Below are positions 1 through 9,624 of a stretch of DNA of 64,000 nucleotides, in pieces. Every line of letters starts with the position of its first letter. The first letter of the stretch is position 1. The DNA is from a virus (lineage: Duplodnaviria > Caudoviricetes): the IMG/VR virus record IMGVR_UViG_3300020419_001132. One strand, written 5' to 3'. Below the pieces are notes generated by a model. The model made no database searches. It was not told the DNA's origin and saw only the letters and a program-made list of their open reading frames with translations. The position numbers and the translations under genes are program-made.

Positions 1-86
1 ACAATTTTAAAATTAGGCAAATTAGGTATAGGATGATTCCTATACATTTCTTTTATGCCAACTATTAATGGTTCAGATATTGCCAT
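1..86 (-). CDS. hypothetical protein, 5' part only (runs off window start)
   Basis: ATG at 86-84 overlaps the end of the upstream methyltransferase; the frame stays open to base 1 (MAISEPLIVGIKEMYRNHPIPNLPNFKI...). Read by hand, not in the ORF track. Confidence 0.4.
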   Translation of the reverse strand, partial: MAISEPLIVGIKEMYRNHPIPNLPNFKI

Positions 87-678
87 TTATAAAATACATT
101 CCTGTTTTCTGTACATATCTATGTTGCTTTTTTGTAGGAGGCATACCGTTATTTTTCATACCCATAGTTGAAACAATTCTTAATTCTCTTGTAAGGTCTG
201 CATGAAAATTAAATCCATACTTACGCATAATTTTTTTCCAGTAGTGTCTATCTCTACAGTTTACATGATGATGTCCTGGTGTTCCTGCAGGTGCATAGGT
301 CATTACAATGTTTCTACATTTTTGGAAAGCCTGTATATAATTTGGTATATATTGTTCATATACATGTTCAACAAACTCAACACACCATCCTATATCGTAA
401 AGTCCAGTTACAGGCGCAGGTCCAGTTGTAAAGTCGTGTATTAGAAAACTTGTAGGATCATGTCTAGTTACAGTATGGTCACCATCGATACCTAATGCCT
501 TCAACTTGTGTTGTTCAGCTAACTGTACCATTCCGCCTGGACCACATCCTATATCTAAAAAACTTCTATGGTTTAAAACATTACTAAACCACTCCATTGC
601 ACCTCTATCTTTATGTGTCTTATCTGCATGTCCTCCTAGATGTATAGGAATGTTTGGATTGATTCTCCCTTTAGCCAT
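73..678 (-). CDS. class I SAM-dependent methyltransferase
   Basis: SAM-binding motif FLDIGCGPG, then GIDGD, HDFT and CVEFVEHV; lies in a sugar-modification neighbourhood. Confidence 0.75.
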   Translation of the reverse strand: MAKGRINPNIPIHLGGHADKTHKDRGAMEWFSNVLNHRSFLDIGCGPGGMVQLAEQHKLKALGIDGDHTVTRHDPTSFLIHDFTTGPAPVTGLYDIGWCVEFVEHVYEQYIPNYIQAFQKCRNIVMTYAPAGTPGHHHVNCRDRHYWKKIMRKYGFNFHADLTRELRIVSTMGMKNNGMPPTKKQHRYVQKTGMYFINGNI

Positions 679-1540
679 TTAGTTGTCTTTCTAATTTGTA
701 TTGATCGTAACACATATCTTGTATACTTTTTGTAAGTAAAACTCTATTTGAAAGTTTATCAACTATATTTACTACAGAGTCGCCTGGTCTTCTAGGTGAT
801 ACGATTCTTATTATTTTTTGTCCTGTAACGTTTTCCATTGCATCGAGCACTTCGTTGACAGTATATCCTTGTTTTGATCCTAAACATTCATATGGAGTAT
901 TTGCAGGTCCTATCTTTATTGCATTTACTATTGCATCAGCAACATCTATGACATGTATATAATCTCTGATACACGTTCCGTCTCTAGTGTCATAGTCGTC
1001 TCCATATACTTTGACATGATCGGTTTTGCCCGATGCGGCCATTGCGGCTACTCTAATAAGATGAGTTGCTGGTCCAACTTGTTTATTAATACCGTCTGTA
1101 CCACTCACATTAAAGAAACGGAAAATAGTATGACTATTTGCTTTCTCTTTAATAATATCCTCAGCACCTACTTTGCTTCTTGCATATGGCGATGCCATTG
1201 CAAATGCACTACTTGAGCTGGCAAATATAAAATGATCTGTGTCTATGTTTTCAAGTAGGTTTAATGTGCCTAGTGTATTAACTCTGTAATATTCTGAAGG
1301 AGTTTTTAAACTTAATGGTACAACACTTCTTCCTGCTAAATGTATAACTGCATCAAATTCTCCATGCAAGTTATTTGATGTTATATCTGCAAGTACAAAT
1401 TCATCTACGTAGTTTTGTATGTCGTTATAAATTCCATGTATGTTAATATCACAACCTACTACATAATGACCGTGTTCTTTTAATGCTTTACAAAGATGGC
1501 TTCCTATGTATCCTGTTGCTCCTGTAACTAATGTTTTCAT
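671..1540 (-). CDS. galE: UDP-glucose 4-epimerase / NAD-dependent epimerase
   Basis: GATGYIG Rossmann motif, HLAG, YxxxK (YARSK), RFFNV, DGTCIRDYIHV, RRPGD. Confidence 0.85.
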   Translation of the reverse strand: MKTLVTGATGYIGSHLCKALKEHGHYVVGCDINIHGIYNDIQNYVDEFVLADITSNNLHGEFDAVIHLAGRSVVPLSLKTPSEYYRVNTLGTLNLLENIDTDHFIFASSSSAFAMASPYARSKVGAEDIIKEKANSHTIFRFFNVSGTDGINKQVGPATHLIRVAAMAASGKTDHVKVYGDDYDTRDGTCIRDYIHVIDVADAIVNAIKIGPANTPYECLGSKQGYTVNEVLDAMENVTGQKIIRIVSPRRPGDSVVNIVDKLSNRVLLTKSIQDMCYDQYKLERQLNG

Positions 1541-2187
1541 TGTATCTGTTGTACTGTTTGATTATAGATTTTTAGATATTTGTCTTTTGTTTTTTGTGCT
1601 CCTTTTAAAGTAAGGAATACACTTTGATGTCCATTTTTTCCTATACTCATCCAGTAGTGTTTTGGATACTGTTCTATATAGGCATACTTTTTACTAAGCT
1701 CTTCTAACACTATTTGATCGTGAAAAGGTGCCCAATCATTTATTGGAGTTTCTAATAATTTATTTGCAAGGTCTTGTCTGAACTGTTTATTACCAAATGT
1801 AACTAATCCTGCTAACCAATGAAAGTCCTTAAGGTGTCGTAACATTGTAATTTTATTTGCTATGTTCACAAATTTTTCGGGTGTAGTTTCTCTAGTGCAA
1901 ATAGTGTCAGCATCTAAAGTCATTACATAGTCCTGATCGTTAAACTTTTCTGCAACCTTTAAAAATCTTACACTCTGTAAATATCCTATTCTTACAGTTT
2001 CATTTGCAAAACTACGTTTTTCAGTAGTATACTTAACACCTTCAATTTTTCTATATTTTTTTGGATTTACAATGTGTACGTGACAAGTTAGCCACGGATT
2101 AAAATGCTTAAGACTTAATAGTAAGTTTATAGCCCAGTCGTTATAGTAATTTTGATCACATCCAATTAAAACATTATAATGTTGCAT
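1537..2187 (-). CDS. putative GT-A fold glycosyltransferase
   Basis: N-terminal strand with GCDQNY, DxD motif (LDADT), HDQ motif, directly upstream of galE. Confidence 0.55.
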   Translation of the reverse strand: MQHYNVLIGCDQNYYNDWAINLLLSLKHFNPWLTCHVHIVNPKKYRKIEGVKYTTEKRSFANETVRIGYLQSVRFLKVAEKFNDQDYVMTLDADTICTRETTPEKFVNIANKITMLRHLKDFHWLAGLVTFGNKQFRQDLANKLLETPINDWAPFHDQIVLEELSKKYAYIEQYPKHYWMSIGKNGHQSVFLTLKGAQKTKDKYLKIYNQTVQQIQ

Positions 2188-2629
2188 CTTCCATGCCTGC
2201 TACCCTTAACTTTACTATATTAGTTATCTGCCATTGTTTCTGGTCCAGTGCTTTTAAGACTCCTAGCCATTTATTTCGTAGCAGGGCAAATTCATTAATT
2301 ATTTTTTCATAATCAACAACATCAGCTTCACCGTCAACATACTTTTCTACATCTCTACTTGATAATGCACGTTGATAGTTTTCTAAATATTTTTTAAAAA
2401 AACCACTACGCAGTCTACGTAGTTCAATATTCATGTAATGTAGTATTGCTTCTATTTCTTGTAACTGATTAAATCTCTGTTCAACAAGGCCTGGCATAGC
2501 GGCAGAAGCTTTCTCTACATTGCCTGCTAGTTTAACTTCTTTACGAGCGTCAACTAGCTCTGACTCATAGTGTGCGATTGCTTCTGGTATCTTACTTATA
2601 TTTCTAGATACTTCGCTATACCATCCCAT
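2174..2629 (-). CDS. uvsY: recombination mediator UvsY
   Basis: Helical 151-aa protein with KKYLENYQRALSSRDVEKYVDGE and KQWQITNIVKLRVAGMED, two genes downstream of uvsX. Confidence 0.85.
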   Translation of the reverse strand: MGWYSEVSRNISKIPEAIAHYESELVDARKEVKLAGNVEKASAAMPGLVEQRFNQLQEIEAILHYMNIELRRLRSGFFKKYLENYQRALSSRDVEKYVDGEADVVDYEKIINEFALLRNKWLGVLKALDQKQWQITNIVKLRVAGMEDATL

Positions 2630-2862
2630 TAATAATCCTCACCGTACTCGTCTTCCTCAGTATAGTCTGTGTCTAAGTCGAGATAGTAAGTAATCGCTTC
2701 GTCTAGTATGTTACAACTACCTAATGCCGCTCTAAACTGTTCGTCGTCTGCTCCAAAGTCTGCACAAACTTCTATATACCGTTCAGCAGTAACGTCTACT
2801 TGCTTTTTATCAACAGCATCTTTAAAGACAGTCCAGATGTCAACAATCTGTTGTTCGTCCAT
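2629..2862 (-). CDS. small acidic hypothetical protein
   Basis: 77-aa ORF tightly coupled between uvsX and uvsY. Confidence 0.7.
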   Translation of the reverse strand: MDEQQIVDIWTVFKDAVDKKQVDVTAERYIEVCADFGADDEQFRAALGSCNILDEAITYYLDLDTDYTEEDEYGEDY

Positions 2863-2865
2863 TGG

Positions 2866-3936
2866 TTAAATCTCCTCTTCTTGCTTTGGGGTATTTACCA
2901 ATTTCTCCTCAAGTTGCTCGACTAATTTGTTACCGTCGGTATCTTTCATTACAAGATCTAACATCGCACCATCCCAGTTTTTCCTATACTCTTTATGTTC
3001 AACTCCGTTAGGATCAGTATACTTTAATCTATTACCGTCCTTAACTAAAATGCCTTGTTTCTCAAACAAGTCAACAAGACCACTATAAGGATTCATTCCA
3101 GTTTCATAAGGAATCTTAACCTGCACACCTTCAAAAGGTTTTGCATAACGTGTTTTCATTACCTTACAACCAGCACGAATACCTCTTACGTCAGTAACTT
3201 TGTTACCATCTTCGTCTTCTTTTAGTTTTAACTTCTTCATTGCAACAACAATACTTGATGCATAGATAAAGCCTTGACCACCTGATATCTTGTCATCAGG
3301 ATCAAACATATCCTGTGACGCATATGTGTGGTTAGTACATACTAGTCCTACATTATGTGAACCAATCATGTTAACTGTGTTACGAACAAGTGAGGTAAGT
3401 GCCTTTGGCTTTCTACCCATATCACCCTTCATATCACCTTTGTTAAATTGATCAACATCTGTAGGTGTTAGTAACATACCTAAACTGTCAATAACAAATA
3501 GTACTTTAGGTCTATCTTCTTCTGGCATGTCTCTGTAGTCTGACATAAACGTACTAATAGTTTTAGCAACGTCATCAATCATGGACATGTTTAGTTTAAG
3601 TAGCTTATCTTCACCTGTATCAACTTTAAGTGCATGTAGCCATTTTTCGTCAAGTGCATTTTCACTATCAATCAATACAACAAATATTCCTTGATCTTGT
3701 GCCGCTTTTACAATGTTACCTGCACAGATGTAACTTTTACCTGCGCCTGATTCTCCTGCAAAAACAGTTACCTTACCCATTGGCACACCTTTATGAAAGT
3801 CGCCACTAATAAGATAGTTGAGTGCATAATTACCTGTGCTAATCCAATCAGTAGGATCGTTAAATCCTGCACTCATGCCTGTAATAGACTTGGTTAACGC
3901 AGTTCTAAATTTGCTTGGGTCAAATGCCTTCGCCAT
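2866..3936 (-). CDS. uvsX: RecA-like recombinase UvsX
   Basis: Walker A GESGAGKS, Walker B region VIDSLG, SGGQGFIYASS, KTRYAKPF; Shine-Dalgarno GGAGA upstream. Confidence 0.95.
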   Translation of the reverse strand: MAKAFDPSKFRTALTKSITGMSAGFNDPTDWISTGNYALNYLISGDFHKGVPMGKVTVFAGESGAGKSYICAGNIVKAAQDQGIFVVLIDSENALDEKWLHALKVDTGEDKLLKLNMSMIDDVAKTISTFMSDYRDMPEEDRPKVLFVIDSLGMLLTPTDVDQFNKGDMKGDMGRKPKALTSLVRNTVNMIGSHNVGLVCTNHTYASQDMFDPDDKISGGQGFIYASSIVVAMKKLKLKEDEDGNKVTDVRGIRAGCKVMKTRYAKPFEGVQVKIPYETGMNPYSGLVDLFEKQGILVKDGNRLKYTDPNGVEHKEYRKNWDGAMLDLVMKDTDGNKLVEQLEEKLVNTPKQEEEI

Positions 3937-3957
3937 ATATTTTTCTCCTAAGTTAAT

Positions 3958-3983
3958 AGGGTGTTACACTTATGCAACACCCT
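3958..3983 (-). terminator. stem-loop between gp32 and uvsX (terminator or processing hairpin)
   Basis: AGGGTGTT...AACACCCT inverted repeat just after the gp32 stop; the U-tail is weak. Confidence 0.4.
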
Positions 3984-3992
3984 TAGCTATTT

Positions 3993-5006
3993 TTATTGGT
4001 TTTGCCTTGATCTAATCATTGCAAGAATATCCGAAGCATTACCTTCAGCTTTTGTATCTTCTACAGGTGCTTCAGCTTTAGGAGCTTCTGCAACTGTTTC
4101 TACAGGTGCTTCAGGAGTTACAGATTCTGTAACAGGTGTTTCGGATTTTACTTCAGGAGCAGTCATTGACGTTGCAGTACCGTTCCTTGAAGCCTTGTTT
4201 GGATCACCAGTTCTAGCACTCATGCCAGCTGGACGGAAGTATTGTGCGAATTTCTCCTCATCATATGCTTCACCGTCAACTGATGCTTCAAACATCTCTT
4301 GCATGACTTTCAGCTCAACCTCTGCAGGCTTTTTAGGAAGGAAGTCACTTAAATTGAATAGTCCATTTGTATTGACTGCTGACATTTCAGAGTCTGACAA
4401 CGGACGCTCTCTACGAGCCCAATTAGACGTGCTATAATCAGCATATCCACCTTTAGATGTTTTGTTTAATCTAAAGTCGACACCAGCAGTATAATCTGTT
4501 GGTAGTTCTTCCATATCAGGATCCATAAGAGCCTGTTTAATAATTTGAAAGATTTGTGGACCAATTATAAATCTACGGATAGGATTTTCTGGAGTAGTAT
4601 CTTCAGAAAGTGGGTTTTCAGTTACAAACCCTTGGAAAAGATAAGAACGCTTTTTCCAATATTTACGACCCATGTCTTCAAGACTTGGATCTTTAAACCA
4701 ACCACGTACTTCATTTAGAATGTTACAAGTTTCACCATACATTTCCATACATGGGATTTGTACCTGTACAGGTCTAGAATCAGTTTGACCTTTTACTCCA
4801 CTAAATGGAAGTTTGATCATCAAACGTTCTTTCCAGAAGAAAGTGTTCGAATCATCTCCATCAGGAAGGAATCGCAGTACTCCGCTTTCGCCTTCTCTAA
4901 TATTCCAAAATGGGTAAATTGCGTTGTCGCCGCCGCCGGTATTTGAACCACCTTGTCGTGATTCTTGCTCTTTGAGCTTTGCTCTTATTTCAGCTAATGA
5001 TGCCAT
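3993..5006 (-). CDS. T4 gp32-like single-stranded DNA-binding protein
   Basis: LRFLPDG, CMEMYGETC, RKYWKKRSY and an acidic C-terminal tail; start moved to MASLAEIRAK (5006), which has an AAGGAGG SD. Confidence 0.9.
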   Translation of the reverse strand: MASLAEIRAKLKEQESRQGGSNTGGGDNAIYPFWNIREGESGVLRFLPDGDDSNTFFWKERLMIKLPFSGVKGQTDSRPVQVQIPCMEMYGETCNILNEVRGWFKDPSLEDMGRKYWKKRSYLFQGFVTENPLSEDTTPENPIRRFIIGPQIFQIIKQALMDPDMEELPTDYTAGVDFRLNKTSKGGYADYSTSNWARRERPLSDSEMSAVNTNGLFNLSDFLPKKPAEVELKVMQEMFEASVDGEAYDEEKFAQYFRPAGMSARTGDPNKASRNGTATSMTAPEVKSETPVTESVTPEAPVETVAEAPKAEAPVEDTKAEGNASDILAMIRSRQNQ

Positions 5007-5073
5007 AATATGCCTCCTTTTATTGTTGCCTATAGCGTTTTGTGCCTTGCTGTGTAGCACGTTTATAATATAT

Positions 5074-5102
5074 ATACTACACAATTATATAGCAGAAGTC
5101 AA
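5074..5102 (-). promoter_or_regulatory. sigma70-type (early) promoter for gp32-uvsX-uvsY
   Basis: TTGACT-N17-TAGTAT on the minus strand, with TG just upstream of the -10. Confidence 0.7.
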
Positions 5103-5130
5103 CCTTTTTCTGCTAAATTCTTGAATTTAT

Positions 5131-7473
5131 TTAATATTTTTGGCCTGAGAGTTGAAGTATACTGTCCAATTCAGTGTTTGCCTTGGGTTCTTGTGTCATC
5201 ATCTGTTCGTATTTAGAATTAATAGCTTCGATAAACTTTTTGGCTGGAGTAATATACTGTTCGCCATAATCTTTTTCAATAGCAGTAAGTATGGCAGTTT
5301 CTCCTTTTGGAAACTGTCCTGTGTGTCTATCATACATTGAAAGAACAAATTCTGTAATTGGCATCTGCTTTTCTTCTGTACTTGCACCAGCAAGTTCCTT
5401 AATTCTATCTAATTCAGTGTCTTCGATACTGTCTTTTATTCCGTCTAAGGCATTGTCTCTAGCCTTACCTTGAGCATAAAAGTCTAGTTCTGGATCCATA
5501 AATAACCTTTTAGCTAATTGCGGATCTTTATAGCCTATAACAGTTTTGAATCTGCCAATAAGGGATTCTCTTACTGAAGTATCTAAACCAGCTGGCATCA
5601 TATGATCAACAATAGTTTCTATATCCATTGCTGGGTTTTGTAATATATGCTTAGGATATTCTAGCATGTCTTTGAGATCTCTTAAGTAAGGCATGACTTC
5701 ATAAATGTCGCCACCTTCTTCACCGTCATCGCCGCCTGCTCTATATTGTTCTATTTCCTTTTCAAGTTCTGCAATGTCCATAAGTATCTTTTTTTGAACA
5801 AGCATTACATGTGGTTTCAACTCTTCCCATGTTACACTTTCTCTATCGAAATCTTGCTCATCTTCATTAGTATCAGCTTCGCCCATTTCTATCTGTTTTA
5901 TAGCGGCCATTAATTCGCCGTATGTTGGATTTGTAATGCCTTTTTTCTTAAGCATGTCCATTGCACGTTCTTTGTTATAATGGCTGTCTCCTGGAGTTTT
6001 GTTCTCCATTACATCTGGAACACCATTTCCGTTTTCATCTCTCCACCATGATCCGGCCTCATCATGTGAATCATGTCCACACTTTGTAGTAGGCATATGC
6101 ATAGTGTCTTCGCAGTCTTTGCAATGATATTTTTTATAGCCTTTCATATAGCCTTCTTCAATAGTTTCGTCTTTTAAAGCAGACTCTACTGTGTCATCTG
6201 CCCATGACTCAAAGCTGTCAAACTGTCCATGATCATAATCGTCGCCACCATAAAGATCTTGATACTCGTCATATGAGCTGGGTTGTCCGTCATAGTCATC
6301 TGAATGATGTATGTCAACACCTATTTCTTCTACTGCTCTTGCTAACTCGTCCATCTCAATCATATGTGGATCGTCAACATTATCGCCGGCCCATTCTTCT
6401 AGATCTTCTATTGACATTGAATCACCATATCTAGAACTTATATCTTTAGCCATTTTGTTGTAGTCAAAATATGCATCATCTTCATTAAAGTTTTCAGGAC
6501 TTAATTCTTGTACCTTACTTGTTTCATTAACAAGGTTGTAAATGTATGGAAAAACATCCTTGAGTTCTTCGTTGAACTGTTTAATAGTTAACTGGTCAAT
6601 CCAATTAGATGCCACATCTTCTGGAACTTCTCGTACTTCTTTTACAGCATAGTTTTCAATTGCTTCTTTATATACTTTTTCTTTCTGCAATCCTTCTACT
6701 GTTTTTTTAACTGTTAATACTCTCTCGTTGACAACGTCCATATACTGAGCAAGTCCTTCTGCCATTACACCTGACCGATTCATGTAACTTTTAAATTTCT
6801 TTAGCTTATATAATTCTTCTGACAATCCTGTAATGTGTTTACCAAACTCGTCATGTGTTTTTCCGCCTTCACTAACATGTCTGGCCATTGCCCTTGCACC
6901 ATTTAAATGTTTAAACGGATACTTAAATCTTTCTCCTTCAGCACTTTCAATATAAATTGCATTGACATGCTGAGTTCGTCCACTAGCAAGTTCCTGATTA
7001 ATTGCTTGATTGTGCTTTAATGCTAACCTAGCAGTTCCTATATCTTGGTAACTTGTTCTACTTGTTCCATACATTTTTGATTCGGTCATTTTTTCCTCTC
7101 CGGAGTCTTTTGCTAAAAATTTATAATCCCTTTTATTTAAGTTGCTCTTAGTTATATCTCTAGTATCAAAGTTCAGTAATCTCTTTTTAGCAAAAAATCT
7201 AAGTTCTTTTAAAAAATCATACCAGTTATTTTTTGTAACTTCATCTTGTCCTTCGACAAAGTTATTACTATACATGACGCTTAAATTACTTTCATCTACA
7301 CTTATACTTATTTTTCCTAAAGACTTTGGGCCCTCTTTATAGTCAAAATCGAAAAAACGTGCTTCCTTAGGATCGTTAGTAACAACACCTTCTGTATTAC
7401 CTATAGTGACCGTAGGAAATCTTCCACGTATTTTATTAAAGAGTTCTTCGCTTATTAAATCAAGGTTTTTCAT
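5131..7473 (-). CDS. large hypothetical protein, probably virion/head associated
   Basis: About 780-aa ORF downstream of terL, acidic middle region, repeated ELDxIxxLxG motif; start MKNL (7473) chosen because a late box lies 5 nt upstream. Confidence 0.65.
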   Translation of the reverse strand: MKNLDLISEELFNKIRGRFPTVTIGNTEGVVTNDPKEARFFDFDYKEGPKSLGKISISVDESNLSVMYSNNFVEGQDEVTKNNWYDFLKELRFFAKKRLLNFDTRDITKSNLNKRDYKFLAKDSGEEKMTESKMYGTSRTSYQDIGTARLALKHNQAINQELASGRTQHVNAIYIESAEGERFKYPFKHLNGARAMARHVSEGGKTHDEFGKHITGLSEELYKLKKFKSYMNRSGVMAEGLAQYMDVVNERVLTVKKTVEGLQKEKVYKEAIENYAVKEVREVPEDVASNWIDQLTIKQFNEELKDVFPYIYNLVNETSKVQELSPENFNEDDAYFDYNKMAKDISSRYGDSMSIEDLEEWAGDNVDDPHMIEMDELARAVEEIGVDIHHSDDYDGQPSSYDEYQDLYGGDDYDHGQFDSFESWADDTVESALKDETIEEGYMKGYKKYHCKDCEDTMHMPTTKCGHDSHDEAGSWWRDENGNGVPDVMENKTPGDSHYNKERAMDMLKKKGITNPTYGELMAAIKQIEMGEADTNEDEQDFDRESVTWEELKPHVMLVQKKILMDIAELEKEIEQYRAGGDDGEEGGDIYEVMPYLRDLKDMLEYPKHILQNPAMDIETIVDHMMPAGLDTSVRESLIGRFKTVIGYKDPQLAKRLFMDPELDFYAQGKARDNALDGIKDSIEDTELDRIKELAGASTEEKQMPITEFVLSMYDRHTGQFPKGETAILTAIEKDYGEQYITPAKKFIEAINSKYEQMMTQEPKANTELDSILQLSGQKY

Positions 7474-7478
7474 ATTAA

Positions 7479-7486
7479 TATTTATC
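7479..7486 (-). promoter_or_regulatory. T4-like late promoter box GATAAATA
   Basis: TAAATA core 5 nt upstream of the ATG at 7473. Confidence 0.6.
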
Positions 7487-9065
7487 AATAATTGGTACTA
7501 ATGAAGATGGGCATGGGTGGTTCATAATCTTCTGTATCTTCTATGCTTTTAAACGTATTGTATATTCTAGGATCCCAGTCTTGTAATACTCCCATAATTC
7601 TAATAACAAGTAATATAGAAGATACTAGATCGTCAGTTTCTCCTGGTTTTGCTCTGTAGGTTGTTCCTGTTGCTACAAATCCTTTTAATTCAGATATAAG
7701 AGGTCCAGAGTTTACTTCCATTTTATCATTTTCTATCATGGTTTTTAATTTACTACATGCTGATATTTTTGTGCTATGTGTTGTGTTAAACCCTTTTCTA
7801 AACTTTCTTACATGTCCTTTTCTAATAGGTTCGCTTACAAATAAGCCCGGAATATTTTCTTCGCCATAATCACTTATTACTATTAAAGCCGCTTCACCAA
7901 TAGAATTGTTTTCTACACTCCAATAGATACTATTTGAGTTTCCTGTTTCCTTTTCTATAAAGTCACATATATCTTTTAGTATACGTATTTGTCCTGGTAT
8001 TGGTGTTGTATTATGTCGCCACTCTCCTACCTGCTTATATGTAGGAAGTTCAAATATCTGAATTGCGGCGTAATCTCCACCTGTACCCATACTAGGATCT
8101 AGTCCAATACAATACGTTGCATCTTTTTTAATTTTTCTGTACCAGCGAGTTTGCCCCATATTCATTATTACCTTTTTAGGTTCCATTGTCGCTAGTTTTA
8201 TACTGTTAATTAATGTTTCGTCGTATACTAAAAATTCACAACCATATTCCCGTCTAAATCTTTCTTCACCAATACGACCAATCTCTGCCTTCTTCCAATC
8301 CTCATCTCTATCTGGATGCTCGTCCCAGTTACAGGTAAAACTGTGAAATCCGTTTATGCCTACATCTTGTTCGTTGCCGTGTTCGTCGAACTTTTGTTCA
8401 GCTTGTTTCCAAATAGTTGCAAATGTATCTTCGTCTGAATTAGGAGTTGAAGTAATAATTGCACGACCACCTGTTGCTAGTGTAGGTGATATAGAAGTCC
8501 AAAATTCGTCTGCAATACTAGGCGCAACAAATGCAAACTCGTCACAGTATAGTAATGATATGGACATACCACGACCTGTATTTCCTGTAGTTGTTGCACT
8601 TACAATACGTGATCCATTTTCAAACTCAATACTACCTTTGTTATAGTTTACAACACCTGCCCTAATATGATCTGGACACATTTCATAAACATAACGTACA
8701 CGTTGCATAATTTCCTGTGCGCCTGTGTACTTGTGGGCCGCAATTAGTATTGTTTGGTCTGGATTAAACATTGCATACCAAGTTAGATATATTGCCGCAC
8801 AGGTAGTTTTTCCTGTTTGTCTAGGTAGCATGTTAATATTAAATCTATGATTATGGTAACTGGATAGTAGTCTTACTTGATATGTGTAAGGGTCAAATAA
8901 CAATTTTCCTTGTACAGGATGTTGTATAAATGCAAATGCTTTTGAAAAGTGCAAATATCCATCTTTTGTATTCATACACCTTGCTAGTTCATCGAGTTGT
9001 GCTTCTGTAAACGCTTCTCGTTGATTTGCTTTTTTGGTTAATACACCGTCTAAACTTTTGCTCAT
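7485..9065 (-). CDS. terL: terminase large subunit (T4 gp17-like)
   Basis: Walker A PRQTGKTT, Walker B LLYCDEFAFV, TSTPN, nuclease motif GLDPSMG, C-terminal DDLV. Confidence 0.95.
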   Translation of the reverse strand: MSKSLDGVLTKKANQREAFTEAQLDELARCMNTKDGYLHFSKAFAFIQHPVQGKLLFDPYTYQVRLLSSYHNHRFNINMLPRQTGKTTCAAIYLTWYAMFNPDQTILIAAHKYTGAQEIMQRVRYVYEMCPDHIRAGVVNYNKGSIEFENGSRIVSATTTGNTGRGMSISLLYCDEFAFVAPSIADEFWTSISPTLATGGRAIITSTPNSDEDTFATIWKQAEQKFDEHGNEQDVGINGFHSFTCNWDEHPDRDEDWKKAEIGRIGEERFRREYGCEFLVYDETLINSIKLATMEPKKVIMNMGQTRWYRKIKKDATYCIGLDPSMGTGGDYAAIQIFELPTYKQVGEWRHNTTPIPGQIRILKDICDFIEKETGNSNSIYWSVENNSIGEAALIVISDYGEENIPGLFVSEPIRKGHVRKFRKGFNTTHSTKISACSKLKTMIENDKMEVNSGPLISELKGFVATGTTYRAKPGETDDLVSSILLVIRIMGVLQDWDPRIYNTFKSIEDTEDYEPPMPIFISTNY

Positions 9066-9070
9066 GTATA

Positions 9071-9077
9071 TATTTAA
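9071..9077 (-). promoter_or_regulatory. late promoter box TTAAATA
   Basis: TAAATA core 5 nt upstream of the terL ATG. Confidence 0.55.
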
Positions 9078-9102
9078 CCAAAAAACAAAGGGTTATTTAG
9101 AA

Positions 9103-9624
9103 TTACGAGTACTCAACTCCTGAATAAAAAGGAATATTTCTATTCTTTATTATACTAGATCCTGGCAAATATGTCAAGTCCATAATACAAGCACAAGCAA
9201 TAACTTTTCCACCTAACGCTTCAACAATATCTATAGCCGCATTCATTGTTCCGCCAGTAGCCATCAAATCATCTATAATAATTACCTTATCATCTTTAGA
9301 TATTGCATCTGATTTAATTTCTAATGTAGCAGTACTATATTCTAACTGATACTCTTTAGACTCTGTAGGAGGTGGGAGCTTTCCCTTTTTTCTGGCCAAA
9401 ACTAATGGTCCTCTTGTCCTGTGAGCAAATACACTTGCAAAAATAAATCCTCTTGCATCTAAGCCTACAATTTTATCTACTGGACAATATTTTAACAATT
9501 TACTGTAAACAAAATTATTTGCCTCGGCAAAGCCTTCTGGACTTTGGCATAGACTTGCTGTGCATTTAAAGTCTATACCGTCTTTAGGAAAACCTTGATA
9601 ACTTCTTACATAATCTTTTATCAT
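9103..9624 (-). CDS. apt: adenine phosphoribosyltransferase
   Basis: FPKDGIDF, GLDARGFIF, RKKGKLP, LEYSTATLEI, PRPP motif IIDDLMATGGT; TAATG coupling to the upstream gene places the start at 9624. Confidence 0.92.
   Translation of the reverse strand: MIKDYVRSYQGFPKDGIDFKCTASLCQSPEGFAEANNFVYSKLLKYCPVDKIVGLDARGFIFASVFAHRTRGPLVLARKKGKLPPPTESKEYQLEYSTATLEIKSDAISKDDKVIIIDDLMATGGTMNAAIDIVEALGGKVIACACIMDLTYLPGSSIIKNRNIPFYSGVEYS

Noticed and set aside
7485-9065. Intein or group I intron in the terminase or UvsX
   Set aside because: Both ORFs are contiguous and of normal length, with no intein splice motifs or embedded endonuclease
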